64,000 nucleotides of DNA, taken from contig JBNJNM010000008.1 of the NCBI GenBank assembly GCA_052426225.1, forward strand, positions 434,001 through 498,000. The letters are read 5' to 3'. The notes below the pieces were generated by a model, which saw only the letters and a list, made by a program, of their open reading frames with translations, was not told the DNA's origin and did not search any database. The translations under genes were made by a program, and so were the position numbers. Positions 22,434 through 33,900 of this stretch are shown here, one piece after another. Each line of letters opens with the position of its first letter. Position 1 is the first letter of the stretch. The stretch is from Zancudomyces culisetae HAW-14-8. Lineage: Eukaryota > Fungi > Kickxellomycota.

Positions 22434-24955
22434 CATTCAAAAAATAAACACCTTTAAAATGACATTAAGTACCAAATCATACCTAATAAAAAGCGTTGCA
22501 AAGCCATAATGTCATAATGTCTAGACTTGTGACCCCTTAGTGTTACCAAAACCATTACTTATCTAAACACTAAGATATTCTTGCTCTTTGTTTACCCCTG
22601 CTTTCTTAGCTACTTAACTTACCAAACATCATCAATTATAATTATCCGTTTTTAGTCACGAACAACTATCCGTGTCTTATGATATTGTAAATAACATTTC
22701 ACGCGCTAAAACAAAGGTTTTAAAGTGTTGTTTAGTAATGATAAGGACACTATAGGATGATGTTATTAGTAGGTATAATTAATAGATCTAATGTATAGTC
22801 ATTATAATGTTATTGTTTTTTAAGCTTATTTATTTTTATCCAGTTTTGATATGTTGCTTACAATATTTTGTAATCAGCTTTAATCCAGATTTAACTAAAA
22901 ACTACATTCAAAAGTCAATGTTAGTAAAAAGTACAAAGTGAATATTAAACCGGGCAGAGTGGAAAATTTAAAAATAAAACATGGGATTCTAAAGGACTAG
23001 ATTCAAATAGAGTTACACACAAAATATATGTGATAAAGGTGTTATACGCATTATAAGGCAGATATGTATTGTTTAATTTAATTTTTTTGAAAGTTCAGTT
23101 CAAAAAAAGTATCATTTTCCCTATTTTTTTCGTCTCCTTTATCTTTTCGTATTTTTTGTAGGTATTTTTTAAAGCTGAGTGGTGTGTAATGTCAAAACCA
23201 ATACGCATAATATTAACCATTCATGTAACTGAGCATGAGAGATAACAATTTGTATACATATACAATAAGCGAATAAAAAATGATAACAAAACTGTCAGTT
23301 TGGGTCATTCCAACTCTTACTTTGAATAGACTTTTTTTAATACACCACGATGTCATGTGATGTTGCAAAGACAAAAACCGCGTATATTCAGTTTACAATT
23401 CATCATTTAATACTAAGATTCATTTGTGTTTATCTAGGAGTTTAAGAATAAGAATAACAATTTTATGCGTGATTTGGTTTTCGAATAATAACACATTATA
23501 CTAGCGAATGAGTCAATAAACAGGACATTAAACATTAATATTTAGAACCATGAGAGAATCAGGCATGACCTAACGGATGGGTCAGTAGATGCTGATTTCC
23601 AAATGGATATCCACAAGAATTTGTTTATTTTTAGCTAATATTTTTAATATCTCGACTTTTTACCCAACAAGTTAGTGTTGATGAGTAGCAGTTAGAAAAT
23701 TATGAAAACACATTAGCCCTTGGTACATAAATATATATCACGCTAGGTTCTTTTTTGTAATTGGAGAGGACTCACCATGCAATCTTATAAAATTACATAT
23801 ATATTTGTCGTTTTTTTCAAACCTAAATATTTAAAATAATATACGTTCATAAAAGTTTAATATTCTTTAAAAGAAGACATAAAACTAAAAACCTTGAATA
23901 ACTCAATAATTACCACAGATACAAACGTATATCTACACTTAAAAAATGCAAAATTTTGAATTTTTGAGATTGCTTGGCGGAAAACAGGGGTTTAGTCGCA
24001 AAATTGTAGATCCATATAACTATGACGACTATAAGGATAGGCGATGCGGGAATGATGGTTGTCAAATACACCTACTTTGATAGCCCACCATTTGATCGAA
24101 ATGATTTTGTTTGGAGAGGTTTGAAAAAGTCGATTATGAACTCACACAACGAATACTGCTTACAGGCACCACCATCATACAATAACGTTATTTATAAAGA
24201 GAAATCATAAAGAAAACTCTTGTGTTTTTAGTACTGATCAATGCTACATGCTCAGTGGCCTTGAACTAGGGTTTTTTTTATGTTTGGTATATTTTAATAA
24301 CTCGTGGTTCACTAGATTGACAGTTCGACAAAAAAACTTGCTCTGAATATTTTTTTTAGTTAGTAATAAAAGAAAATTACTGAGATGTTAAAACAATATT
24401 ATTAAACTTCAACTTTTATAACAGGATTTATAGTACTATTATTTTTAATGAGCCTTTACTATGTTGGTATTCAGCTATTATTTTTTTGAATTATTAATTT
24501 AATAATGAACATTTCGTAAAACCGCAAAAGTATTAACTCTACTCTGTTCCTCTAAGAACTCCATAACCACCTAGCATTAGTTCAGGAAAAATATATTTTA
24601 TTTAAAGAAAGAAAGTGGTGGATCAAAAGACATGTACCGCGTGTATTATTCAAACCAAAAGTATAGCCACTTGTATATTTTTTTAATTTGTAAAAACTGA
24701 GGTTTTGGTCATTATTAACTGTCATCCACTCTAGCCATCATTTTCCTACCCTATTTCTGTTCAATGTGTTTCATCATAGTGAGATACAAAGTATTCTATT
24801 AATGGTGAAAATTAATTTGTTTTCCAGCTGCTATTAACACATAGATTACAAACATATCACCGATCGGTCGGATATATCAATTACATTTTTATACTTATTT
24901 GTAGTGAAAAGTTAATTAAACATCAACACATAGATCAAAAAAGTCATTAACAACT

Positions 24956-26071
24956 CTAAAATAGTAAAACTAACATTGAAGATAATAGCATCACTAGTGT
25001 AAACCCAGTACTCTGCAAAATAGTTGAGGCGGAAGTGGAACTACTATGATCCCCACCAGTGTTTTTATCGGTATCTGTGTTTGTATCTGTATCTGTGTTT
25101 GTATCTGTATCTGTGTTTGTATCATTAATTTTTGAATAGTCAGGTGAGGGTCGTGCAGTTGTATCCAGTAGGTACGATTTCTCAATTCCTGTAACTTTTA
25201 CAATCCAGTCAATGTAGCTGTATACATGAGTATAATAATTCGTTTTAGCATCTTCCGGAAGAATAGTTGCACCACTCCCAGATCTACCTGTATTACTCGC
25301 GATACCAACAAGTAAATTAACTTTGTTATTCACGTATGTCAAGGGGCTTCCACTATCACCATTTGCTAAACCTTTATCATTGTTTACTAGTGTACAAACA
25401 ACATTTTTGTTATTATCTGACCAGTTGGCATTGGCGTCTTTACAAACACTTGAAGAAGAAGGCGACTGTGCAATTCTGTTTAGTTTTTTATCTGGTAAAT
25501 CCGATAGTCCAGTCGAAGTGAGATCCCAACCTGCTGTAACTAGATTCATATCATCCGTTACACTTCCACTGTAAATCGCTACTGGTGTGGCAAATATTTT
25601 TGGTATTGTAGTGTTTAACTCGATAGCTGCTATGTCATTTTCTAATGTCACAGGTGAAAAATCGGGATGAATATGCACTCCACGCGTTATAATGTAAGCC
25701 ATGGGACTAAAACTTGATGCTCCTGTTCCGATAAAAACTCCTGTAGCGTTAACATATTTTGTGAGCTCACCGTTCTTGTCTGAGAAACAGCTAGCTGCAG
25801 TTATTACTATTTTATCAGATATTAATGAAGCATGACACATTCTAGGAGCATCTCCTACGAACGCACTCACGACTTGAATATATGGAAAATCCTCTCTCTT
25901 TGCTGATTCCCCATTTAGTATTCTCGCATAGTTAAGATCGCCTGATCCGTTTTGCGGCATGAGTGGATCCAAACCTACATTATCAACTGAGGCGGCATGT
26001 GCAACAGCAATACCTCCAAGTGATAATGTTGTAACAACATGTTTACGGAAAATTTTATTGTTTAATTTCAT
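24956..26071 (-). CDS. Trypsin-like (S1A) serine protease homolog, secreted and probably GPI-anchored; catalytic His replaced
   Basis: First ATG at 26071; signal peptide; R|ILNG activation site; TAASC (normally TAAHC); NDIA; GDSGSP; DT/NT-repeat stalk; Ser-rich region and hydrophobic C-terminal tail. Confidence 0.9.
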   Translation of the reverse strand: MKLNNKIFRKHVVTTLSLGGIAVAHAASVDNVGLDPLMPQNGSGDLNYARILNGESAKREDFPYIQVVSAFVGDAPRMCHASLISDKIVITAASCFSDKNGELTKYVNATGVFIGTGASSFSPMAYIITRGVHIHPDFSPVTLENDIAAIELNTTIPKIFATPVAIYSGSVTDDMNLVTAGWDLTSTGLSDLPDKKLNRIAQSPSSSSVCKDANANWSDNNKNVVCTLVNNDKGLANGDSGSPLTYVNNKVNLLVGIASNTGRSGSGATILPEDAKTNYYTHVYSYIDWIVKVTGIEKSYLLDTTARPSPDYSKINDTNTDTDTNTDTDTNTDTDKNTGGDHSSSTSASTILQSTGFTLVMLLSSMLVLLF

Positions 26072-27725
26072 TATTATTATATATCTAGCCTTGTATTTGT
26101 CTTTTGTTAAAACCAATTATGAACAAGTATAATTAGATGTTTTAATACGGAATAACGTGGAATTAAAAAAGAAACACACAGATTTGTTCGGCTTATATAG
26201 TATTTCCTACATAATCACAAATGAAATCCATCTAGATCTTACAACTGATTAGAGTCAGAAAAGAACAAAACTTTATGAAACCATTAGTATAGATGAAAAT
26301 CAGATTATTTGCTGGAATTGCTAAATCATGTTTACCATCTTTGTTTCATGCAATCAGGCATACTGGACGCGTATTTTTTTTTGTAATTTCGAGCAATCAA
26401 ATCTCAATTTCTAGCAGAGTTCGTAGATTATAAAATACCCATCTTTGCAGATTATTTGTAATATACGTAGATTACTGTAAATATCTGTTGGCCAAACAAA
26501 CATCTGGCCAATAATATATACCAAGTGATGAGAAAAATATGTTTTGAGAAACACCAAAGCTCAAAACCATGTAATACCCGTATCTCAGAGCAAATAAAAA
26601 TCATCCAAAAACGGATAGATCTACTGAATAAGTGCACTGGTAATCTTAAAACTTGTCAGTACTGGTAGTTGTAAAAAACGCTAATGCATAGAAAGAAAGA
26701 TGAGCTGTTTTTTTCAGCCTTTGGCTTTATTTTTCAAGAGTACATACCAGTCAGGTGGTATGATATGTGCCACACATTTGATCGACGCTTGTTTCAGTCT
26801 AGTATTGAAGGGTATTCAAGAGGATAGCTAGTGTTATGGTGTTTATGACAGTCCGATTCTGGTACATGTAATATTTGTTAATCCTGTATTTACAAGAGTT
26901 TTTTGTATTCTTGTTTCCATAGATACTAAATTGCTTCCTTTTTTTCTCGTTCAATTTATAAACAGATACTACATAAAACTACAAAAACCCCCTAAATAAT
27001 ATCTGCCTACCCAATTTATTTCTATCTCTACTATGAACTCCATGCTCACCAAGTGTTAATCCAGTGGGATTATTTCTGCTCTGAGCCAATCCAAGACCAT
27101 TAACTTGACTTGGTAAATTATTTTCATTGAATTAGAGTGACCATGAGAGCCTACATCGTATTCAAATGTAAATCAAACAGCTGTTTATTTATTCGAACTG
27201 CGTTAATAATGGTGGAGTGGGCTTTGTTATTATAACTTACTGAAAACACATTGATCATGTTGTTTATAAACCGGGTTGAATGGGATATATACACATGTAA
27301 ATGCTGAATGAAAATATTATTCAACCTGAGTTTATTGATTTTAGTATTTCCTACTATTATCATTTAACAAACTATTCTTGAGGTCAGCTATTCTTAATGA
27401 ATCAAAATCGTCCCGATTTAACACTGACATATTTCACAACACATTGGATATATCATTTAAGCATTTAAGTACCCCTGGAGAATAGAATAACTTCAAAACA
27501 AAAATACTACTCAAATTGTAGTAAAAAAAAGGATACTAATAAAAAATAAACAAAAAAATATCAAGAGCTCAGAGTAAAATGGTCTTGGTTTTATTTATAA
27601 CCGTCTGTTATTCTCACCAGTTAGAAAAAAGTATGAACCTTTCAATGATGTCAAAGTAAAAATAGTAAACACACCAACTAAAAACATGTATTGTGCGACA
27701 CACAACATGACTACTCTATCGCTTT

Positions 27726-28121
27726 TTAACATTTACATCCAGATTCACAGTGGCATTTCTCGCCTTTACTCTCCTTGCATTCACAGGTTGCTTGTTCACA
27801 CTTACATGGGCGCCCACATGTACAACCTTTACCATCTCTGCACTGACATATACTTTTTCCTTCGCACTTGCACTCATCCTCCTTGCAGATACACTTTTTA
27901 CCTACTGAACACCTACAAGAGACACTGACCCCCTTATTTTCAGCACAGTTGCACTTTTCAGATTCACAACAACATTTTCCTTCAGAGGTGGCTGAACAAC
28001 CTTGTCCCTTCTTGCAGCAGCATTCACAATTTCCAGCCTCACATGAACACCGACCTCCGGGCGTATCTCTGCACTCTCCAATATCTTTGTTGTAGCAGGC
28101 CTTCTTGTCGCATGAACTCAT
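27726..28121 (-). CDS. Long metallothionein-like protein (131 aa, 33 Cys)
   Basis: ATG at 28121; repeated CxC and two CCC motifs; K/E/G/S-rich; one aromatic residue; no signal peptide; TATAAATA at ~28275-28268. Confidence 0.8.
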   Translation of the reverse strand: MSSCDKKACYNKDIGECRDTPGGRCSCEAGNCECCCKKGQGCSATSEGKCCCESEKCNCAENKGVSVSCRCSVGKKCICKEDECKCEGKSICQCRDGKGCTCGRPCKCEQATCECKESKGEKCHCESGCKC

Positions 28122-30333
28122 TTTTGTTTCCTTTATTCTGGTTTGTATTGGTCTATTAGCCAAGCTTATTGGTATTATTGTTTTCTTTTTGTATTTAGTA
28201 TGGAATACTAGATGGTTTTATGATTAATACTTTCTTGTTTTTGTTTTTTTTGAGAAAAGTTGTTGACTATTTATACTTTTTTCTTCATTTCTGTTTTTCT
28301 TTGTACACACTCAAGACTTGAATTGTATTTTTATAAAAATAGAAACTTATAAAGTTGAAAAAGTGCATTACACATCTGAGTTGCTTTTACCAAAAATCAA
28401 GTGAGTATATGATTACAAATCATCTAGATACAGTTCTCTTTTTTCATTATATTCATTAAAGTTGCATTTACAAATCCCATCCTGATGCCCAATAGCAAAA
28501 ATGGATCCACTAATATTTTAATTGATTTGTTTTCCTAACTGCTTTATACTTCTGTCATAAGACTTACCACTGCCATTTCTTCTTCCTCCCCATGTCTTAT
28601 TTTCGAGTTGCGCTTATTCTGCTATTCGCTACTTTTTAGAACATATCACCGCCGTTTTTTCTCTGAGTACATTTTTTTGGTCATCATAACTTTTATGAAA
28701 TAACAGTTTGCTTTTTTACAAATATATAACCACATTAAACTCTGGCATTAATCCCTCTTTTACTGCATATGTTCCCCCTCCTAAATAAAAACTATTTTAA
28801 AAAGGATATCGTTTCAGCATATTTTTACTCAACCTTTTCCATCACTTTCTCCAACAATATCACTAACCCGTTAGGTTTATGCCAGATGAATTCAAACTTA
28901 CTATGGAAACTATCGGATATTGTTTGTATTGAGCATATTAACTCCTAAAGCGAGAAACAAAAAATAAAAACTGGCAGAGTTCTAAATTTTTTTTCAGAAA
29001 TGATTTTTAAAAGCGTTAATTTGTTTGGCGTTATCGTTTTAGAACACCGAGTCGTAATTCTTCTACCAAACCACGTTTATTCTCTTAATGTCGGTTTGTT
29101 TGTAGATAGGCACTTCTTCTAACATCAAAACGCTATTGAAGTTCCTTCTCGATTATTTTCCCCTTTATTCGAGCATCCACTAAAGAGTTTTCATATGAGG
29201 GTATTAGGGCTGCTTAATACTAGCTCGTTCTTTTGGCTTCCGTTTTTTTTTCTTTTCTCCGTTTTCTTTTTTTTCGGGCGCTTATCAAATAGCAGAAATG
29301 GCTCAAAAGCTATTGTTCTATATTAACCTTGGAAACACCGCCACAAACCAATGTTCTTTGTTTCTCAATAAATGAGGTAAAAAGTTAGTTCAATAGAATC
29401 AAAAAGGCTAGAGATAAAATGTGTTTGACGACATATTACTGTTCACACACTCATACACTTTTTATTATAAATGTTTATTCTATTAATCGTGCTATATCTC
29501 AGTTGCTTAAAAATGTTTATAAAATGTCTATTTACTGAAGTACCTATGTATCTCTTAATACATACAGGATAAATAATGTATCAACCAATTATTTTATACT
29601 TTTTACACAGTCTTTTCTTAGTTCTTTCCTCACTATATTTAGATCATTGACGATTACTAACTGAATCTTTTGGTTCATGCTAATTACTAAAACTTAATCC
29701 GTTCATCACTCTGTCACGATATACAACCCCCTATTTCTTTTACACTAACTATTTGTTTTGTACAATAACTTTACCAAACGAATATAAAGCAACCCAAAAG
29801 TTACAAGACATAAAACACTAGCAAGGAAATAATCCTGTACATAGTATACCCGATAATTCGCTCTTTACCTGTATAGATAGTCCATACCCATATAATATTG
29901 TTTCAGGCATATTAAAATGAGTACCACCTCATCTTACACCGCTTTGTACACTTGACTTGATATACCATCAGTATCAGCTACCTTGTTAGTTGTAATATTT
30001 AACACTTTTGTAATTGCTCATGCCACTTGTTGAATGTACATTTCAATATCCTGACACTTATTCAAATTCATCCCATCTTGCTTGATAGGATAACTCCAAT
30101 ATTAATTTATTTATTTTCTTTAGCGCAACCTAAACATTTTAAATGATATAAACAAACATGTGCTATATTGTATCAAAATATATCCACTCATCTACTGACA
30201 ATCCCTCCTATTGACTTTCTAACACGCCTATAAAAACAAAATAATGATAAAATAAAAATAAAAAGTAAATACAATTTTGATAGTCCTTTATTTAGTATTT
30301 GCATAAACTCCCACTACATCAAACTAACCCGAG

Positions 30334-33300
30334 CTAAATAAATGTTCGAAAGTCTGTCAAAAGTGTTTCCAGCAATTTCGTATCAACACGAATAACGTTC
30401 TTTATGCTTGATGTATTCGATAAACTCTTAACTAGCATCAGTACATCTATTGAACCACGACAACTATCACCAACCAGTGGTTGCGCCGAGACGACTGAAT
30501 TAAAATGTTCTGATAATAAATGCAAGTATTCATCAAATATAATGCTAAATATATCAACTGATGAGTCCAAAATAGATGCAGTTCTCTTATCGCCGATAAT
30601 ATTATCTGAGATACATTTGTTTATGATTCCTGATAAATCTGATGATTCTAATGACTTGACTGTTGTATTTCTGCGTGGTGTATGCATCAAAGATGATGGC
30701 TTGCTAGTGTTTATTATATCGATAAACGACATTACAATTGCATTGAAGTTGTTTACCAATGTTGACAAGTCGATACCACATTTTAATAAAACCTCGCAAA
30801 TAAATGATTTTTGGTTGGGCAAGGAGGTATGCTTGAATTTGTATATACCAAGTAATACGATCAATATATCTATAGGGAAGCTCGATCTTGAAGGATATAA
30901 TTCTGTTGCTAATGAACATAGTTTGCTTGTAACTTTTAAAGAGTTGTTTTCTGAGAATATCAAGTGTGAATATATCTGGATCAACTGCTCAGCATCATAG
31001 TAGTTTGAAAAGCGGTAAATCATCAGAATTTGATCTATCAAGTTAAGGGGTGATGCAAAATCGTTGAACAGGGTGTTTATATCCAAAAACTTTTTGTTCA
31101 ACTGTTGAACCTTTTCTTGTAAATTATTGACTTCACAATAATTCAAAATTTCCAATTGTATAATGGCTGCTTCTTTCTTGGCATTTAATTCTTCAAGACT
31201 TCCATTCAAAGTAGAATCATTTGATGATTTGATACAATTTGCAGCTATACTTAGCAACTCGATTCTGTTATTTAAACCCATTGAGCTTGTTTCATCTGAT
31301 GCCAGCTCCTCAAGCACTTTTGATGCTTCACGAAATTCTGAATTATATACTAAATATTTCCATAAAAGCAGTTTCCTATCCACCATATTGCCACTTTCCA
31401 AGTACCTCCGTACTGACAAACTGTTGTTCTCGATCAGATACTTTTCAAATCTGTTTGAAACCTTACTTTTTCCCAACAAATAGTCACAAAACTTTGTTTT
31501 AAATTCCTCATTATCCCCATTCAGTATTTCGCTAACCAATTGTTTACTTTCTTCTAAATGTGGTTCAATGATTTTGATTGCCTTTTCATAACACTGATTC
31601 TGCCATATCTTATCCGACTCTCCTACTCCACTCTGTAAACATAAATATACTGCACTGTTTTCGTGTCCTATACTAACCATCTCATCTATAACATACTCAA
31701 ACCTATCATTTCCTAAAAGTTTGGCACTATCCTTAAGCAATTGTGCACTTTCTTCCACCAATGCTTGTACCTCTTTAACATTCCTGCTAATACTTCCTCC
31801 TTGTTTCTCTGCAAATATTCCCTTTGCTACAGCCAAGTATTCAAGTGCTCGAATCAATTTCAATTCTCTGACGTTGATATAATCGCTACACTTTGATTCT
31901 AAACTTTGACTTATCCGAAGCCCATCATTGGTTGCAGTTGTAACACTACTAGTCATACTGATTAGCATTTGCATAATGTTCTCTTTTGTTTCTTTGTTTG
32001 ATACTAGTTCTTTAAAACTAATTGCTTGTAATCTCTCCATTTCTTTGGTTTGATTAGCTAGATTCTTGTTTTTATCAATGATTTCTATAAAATCAATGCT
32101 CTGAATTATCATATTATTGACTATTCTCAATGCTTGCATAAACTCTCCTTGAATACTCCCAAGTTTGTTCCCATCTGTTATTATATCTTGTAATCCATTT
32201 AATTTGTTTTGAATCGCTTTTAGTTTTGGCATATCTGTACCATTAAACACTTTGCTTTCCCAAATGCCCATAACAAGCTCTGCTATATACTTTGCTATCC
32301 CTTCAACCTGGGGTCCCAAATTTCCACTATATACTCCTTCGTAATTCCCATAAAATATATCCTTTACACTTATCAAACTTTTGTATCCGACTCCGCGTCT
32401 TTGTCTCTCTATCTCCTTCATGGTTATAATCTCTACCATCATTTTCAACAGCTCTGTTACTCCAAATTCTTCTACCAGCCTTACCACCACTCTATCCTGT
32501 GCATTTCCGCTACTTATAATCCATATCACCATATCCAACGTTTGTTTCTTATTCAAAATCACCACCCCATTATTGGTCAGGATACCGTACTTATAATTAG
32601 GAATCATTTCTACCACATCCCATGCCGCTCCAAATAGTTTTGTAATAAATCTATACTCAACTAGGCTTGTTTTACCATTACTAACAACATGTTGTCTCAT
32701 CTTAATTGGATCCTCAAACCCAGATATCAACATTGACTCTGTTCCTTCCAATGCTGCACATATAAACTCTTTGTTTCCCACAAATCCCCGGGATATATTT
32801 CGATCCTCTTGATCTAATCGAATATGAATCAGTTCCAATGTCTTTGGTTGCTGCCGTTGTTGGCCATTACTATAGATTCGGTCCATTCTTGAGTATACTG
32901 AGAAATATATTCGATCTCCCTTTGATGTTAACCCTACCAGGTTTATTTTGTTGTTTCCGTTTATAGTAAACAGTTTAATGATTTTAAAATTCTTTGCATT
33001 TTTCCTTGCAAATACTGGACACATTATTGACCCTGTACTATAAATGTTTTCATTTTTTATCACCATATTATACTCATCTCTGTTGTTTCCCAAATATACC
33101 AACTCAATACTACTATCCTCTCCTAGTTTATATAGTATTCCTCTATCATCATCCAATAAAAGTGATGCTGTTGTAACTTTGTTATTTATTTTAAACATTG
33201 CTGGGACATAACTTTCTATCATTGTTTGACTTTTGTTGATCATTCGTATCTTTTTTGTAAGCCATCCTTCATTAGCTTGGTACTCAATTTCATATACATT

Positions 33301-33900
33301 TCCATCCGTCCCTCCCAAAAATATTCGTCCATTTTTGCTACCAACTATCGAGGTTATTCCTATGTTGTTGGTGTTTATTCTTAAATTTGTTTCATATAAT
33401 TTGATTTCTCCTGATTTTCCTGTGCCCCCATGTTCCTTGTACTCAAGTGCAAGCAAAAATACTTCCAAAGGCGTCACAATTACCAAAACATGTTTGATTT
33501 CTTCACCAAACACTCCCTGCTTTGCTGGGACAAGCCCCACACATGTTATCACTTGTTCCTGATCTTCATATGTATATACCTCTTTCCCCTCCTCATATTC
33601 CCACAAAAATAATCTATGATCAATGGTAATATACGCCCGTTTAATCTGTGGAAATAGTCCCATAAAACATCGGCTTTCTTTTAAGTCGTATTTGTTGATT
33701 ATTGATTTCGGAAGTTGAGTGATTTTTTCTGTTTTAAAGCCTTCCCAATTGTATGCCAATGGTTCTGAGTAATCACAAGAACTGGAACTAGTGAGAAGTA
33801 CATCCAAATTTGGTTCTTTTCGTTTTTCTTCTACAGCTTGGTCCACAATCCTTCTTCCCACTTTAAGCCATTCTTGTGAGATATTAACATTTGTATCCAT
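30334..33900 (-). CDS. NUP170: Nucleoporin Nup155/Nup157/Nup170 family
   Basis: MGLFPQIKRAYITIDHRLFLWEY; VGLVPAKQGVF; LVIVTPLEV; GRIFLGGTDGNVYEIEYQ; C-terminal LxNRIELLSIA helical region. Confidence 0.92.
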   Translation of the reverse strand: MDTNVNISQEWLKVGRRIVDQAVEEKRKEPNLDVLLTSSSSCDYSEPLAYNWEGFKTEKITQLPKSIINKYDLKESRCFMGLFPQIKRAYITIDHRLFLWEYEEGKEVYTYEDQEQVITCVGLVPAKQGVFGEEIKHVLVIVTPLEVFLLALEYKEHGGTGKSGEIKLYETNLRINTNNIGITSIVGSKNGRIFLGGTDGNVYEIEYQANEGWLTKKIRMINKSQTMIESYVPAMFKINNKVTTASLLLDDDRGILYKLGEDSSIELVYLGNNRDEYNMVIKNENIYSTGSIMCPVFARKNAKNFKIIKLFTINGNNKINLVGLTSKGDRIYFSVYSRMDRIYSNGQQRQQPKTLELIHIRLDQEDRNISRGFVGNKEFICAALEGTESMLISGFEDPIKMRQHVVSNGKTSLVEYRFITKLFGAAWDVVEMIPNYKYGILTNNGVVILNKKQTLDMVIWIISSGNAQDRVVVRLVEEFGVTELLKMMVEIITMKEIERQRRGVGYKSLISVKDIFYGNYEGVYSGNLGPQVEGIAKYIAELVMGIWESKVFNGTDMPKLKAIQNKLNGLQDIITDGNKLGSIQGEFMQALRIVNNMIIQSIDFIEIIDKNKNLANQTKEMERLQAISFKELVSNKETKENIMQMLISMTSSVTTATNDGLRISQSLESKCSDYINVRELKLIRALEYLAVAKGIFAEKQGGSISRNVKEVQALVEESAQLLKDSAKLLGNDRFEYVIDEMVSIGHENSAVYLCLQSGVGESDKIWQNQCYEKAIKIIEPHLEESKQLVSEILNGDNEEFKTKFCDYLLGKSKVSNRFEKYLIENNSLSVRRYLESGNMVDRKLLLWKYLVYNSEFREASKVLEELASDETSSMGLNNRIELLSIAANCIKSSNDSTLNGSLEELNAKKEAAIIQLEILNYCEVNNLQEKVQQLNKKFLDINTLFNDFASPLNLIDQILMIYRFSNYYDAEQLIQIYSHLIFSENNSLKVTSKLCSLATELYPSRSSFPIDILIVLLGIYKFKHTSLPNQKSFICEVLLKCGIDLSTLVNNFNAIVMSFIDIINTSKPSSLMHTPRRNTTVKSLESSDLSGIINKCISDNIIGDKRTASILDSSVDIFSIIFDEYLHLLSEHFNSVVSAQPLVGDSCRGSIDVLMLVKSLSNTSSIKNVIRVDTKLLETLLTDFRTFI

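Larger units (their letters stand above)
17836..24138 (-). repeat. Right arm of the large inverted repeat (~6.3 kb)
   Basis: Near-identical reverse complement of 2574-8865, with scattered substitutions and microsatellite indels. Confidence 0.97.

Noticed and set aside
2574-24138. Autonomous DNA transposon (Polinton/Maverick, MULE, Starship)
   Set aside because: No integrase, transposase, PolB or tyrosine recombinase inside, and the outer flanks (GTGAAG vs AACTCA) show no target-site duplication
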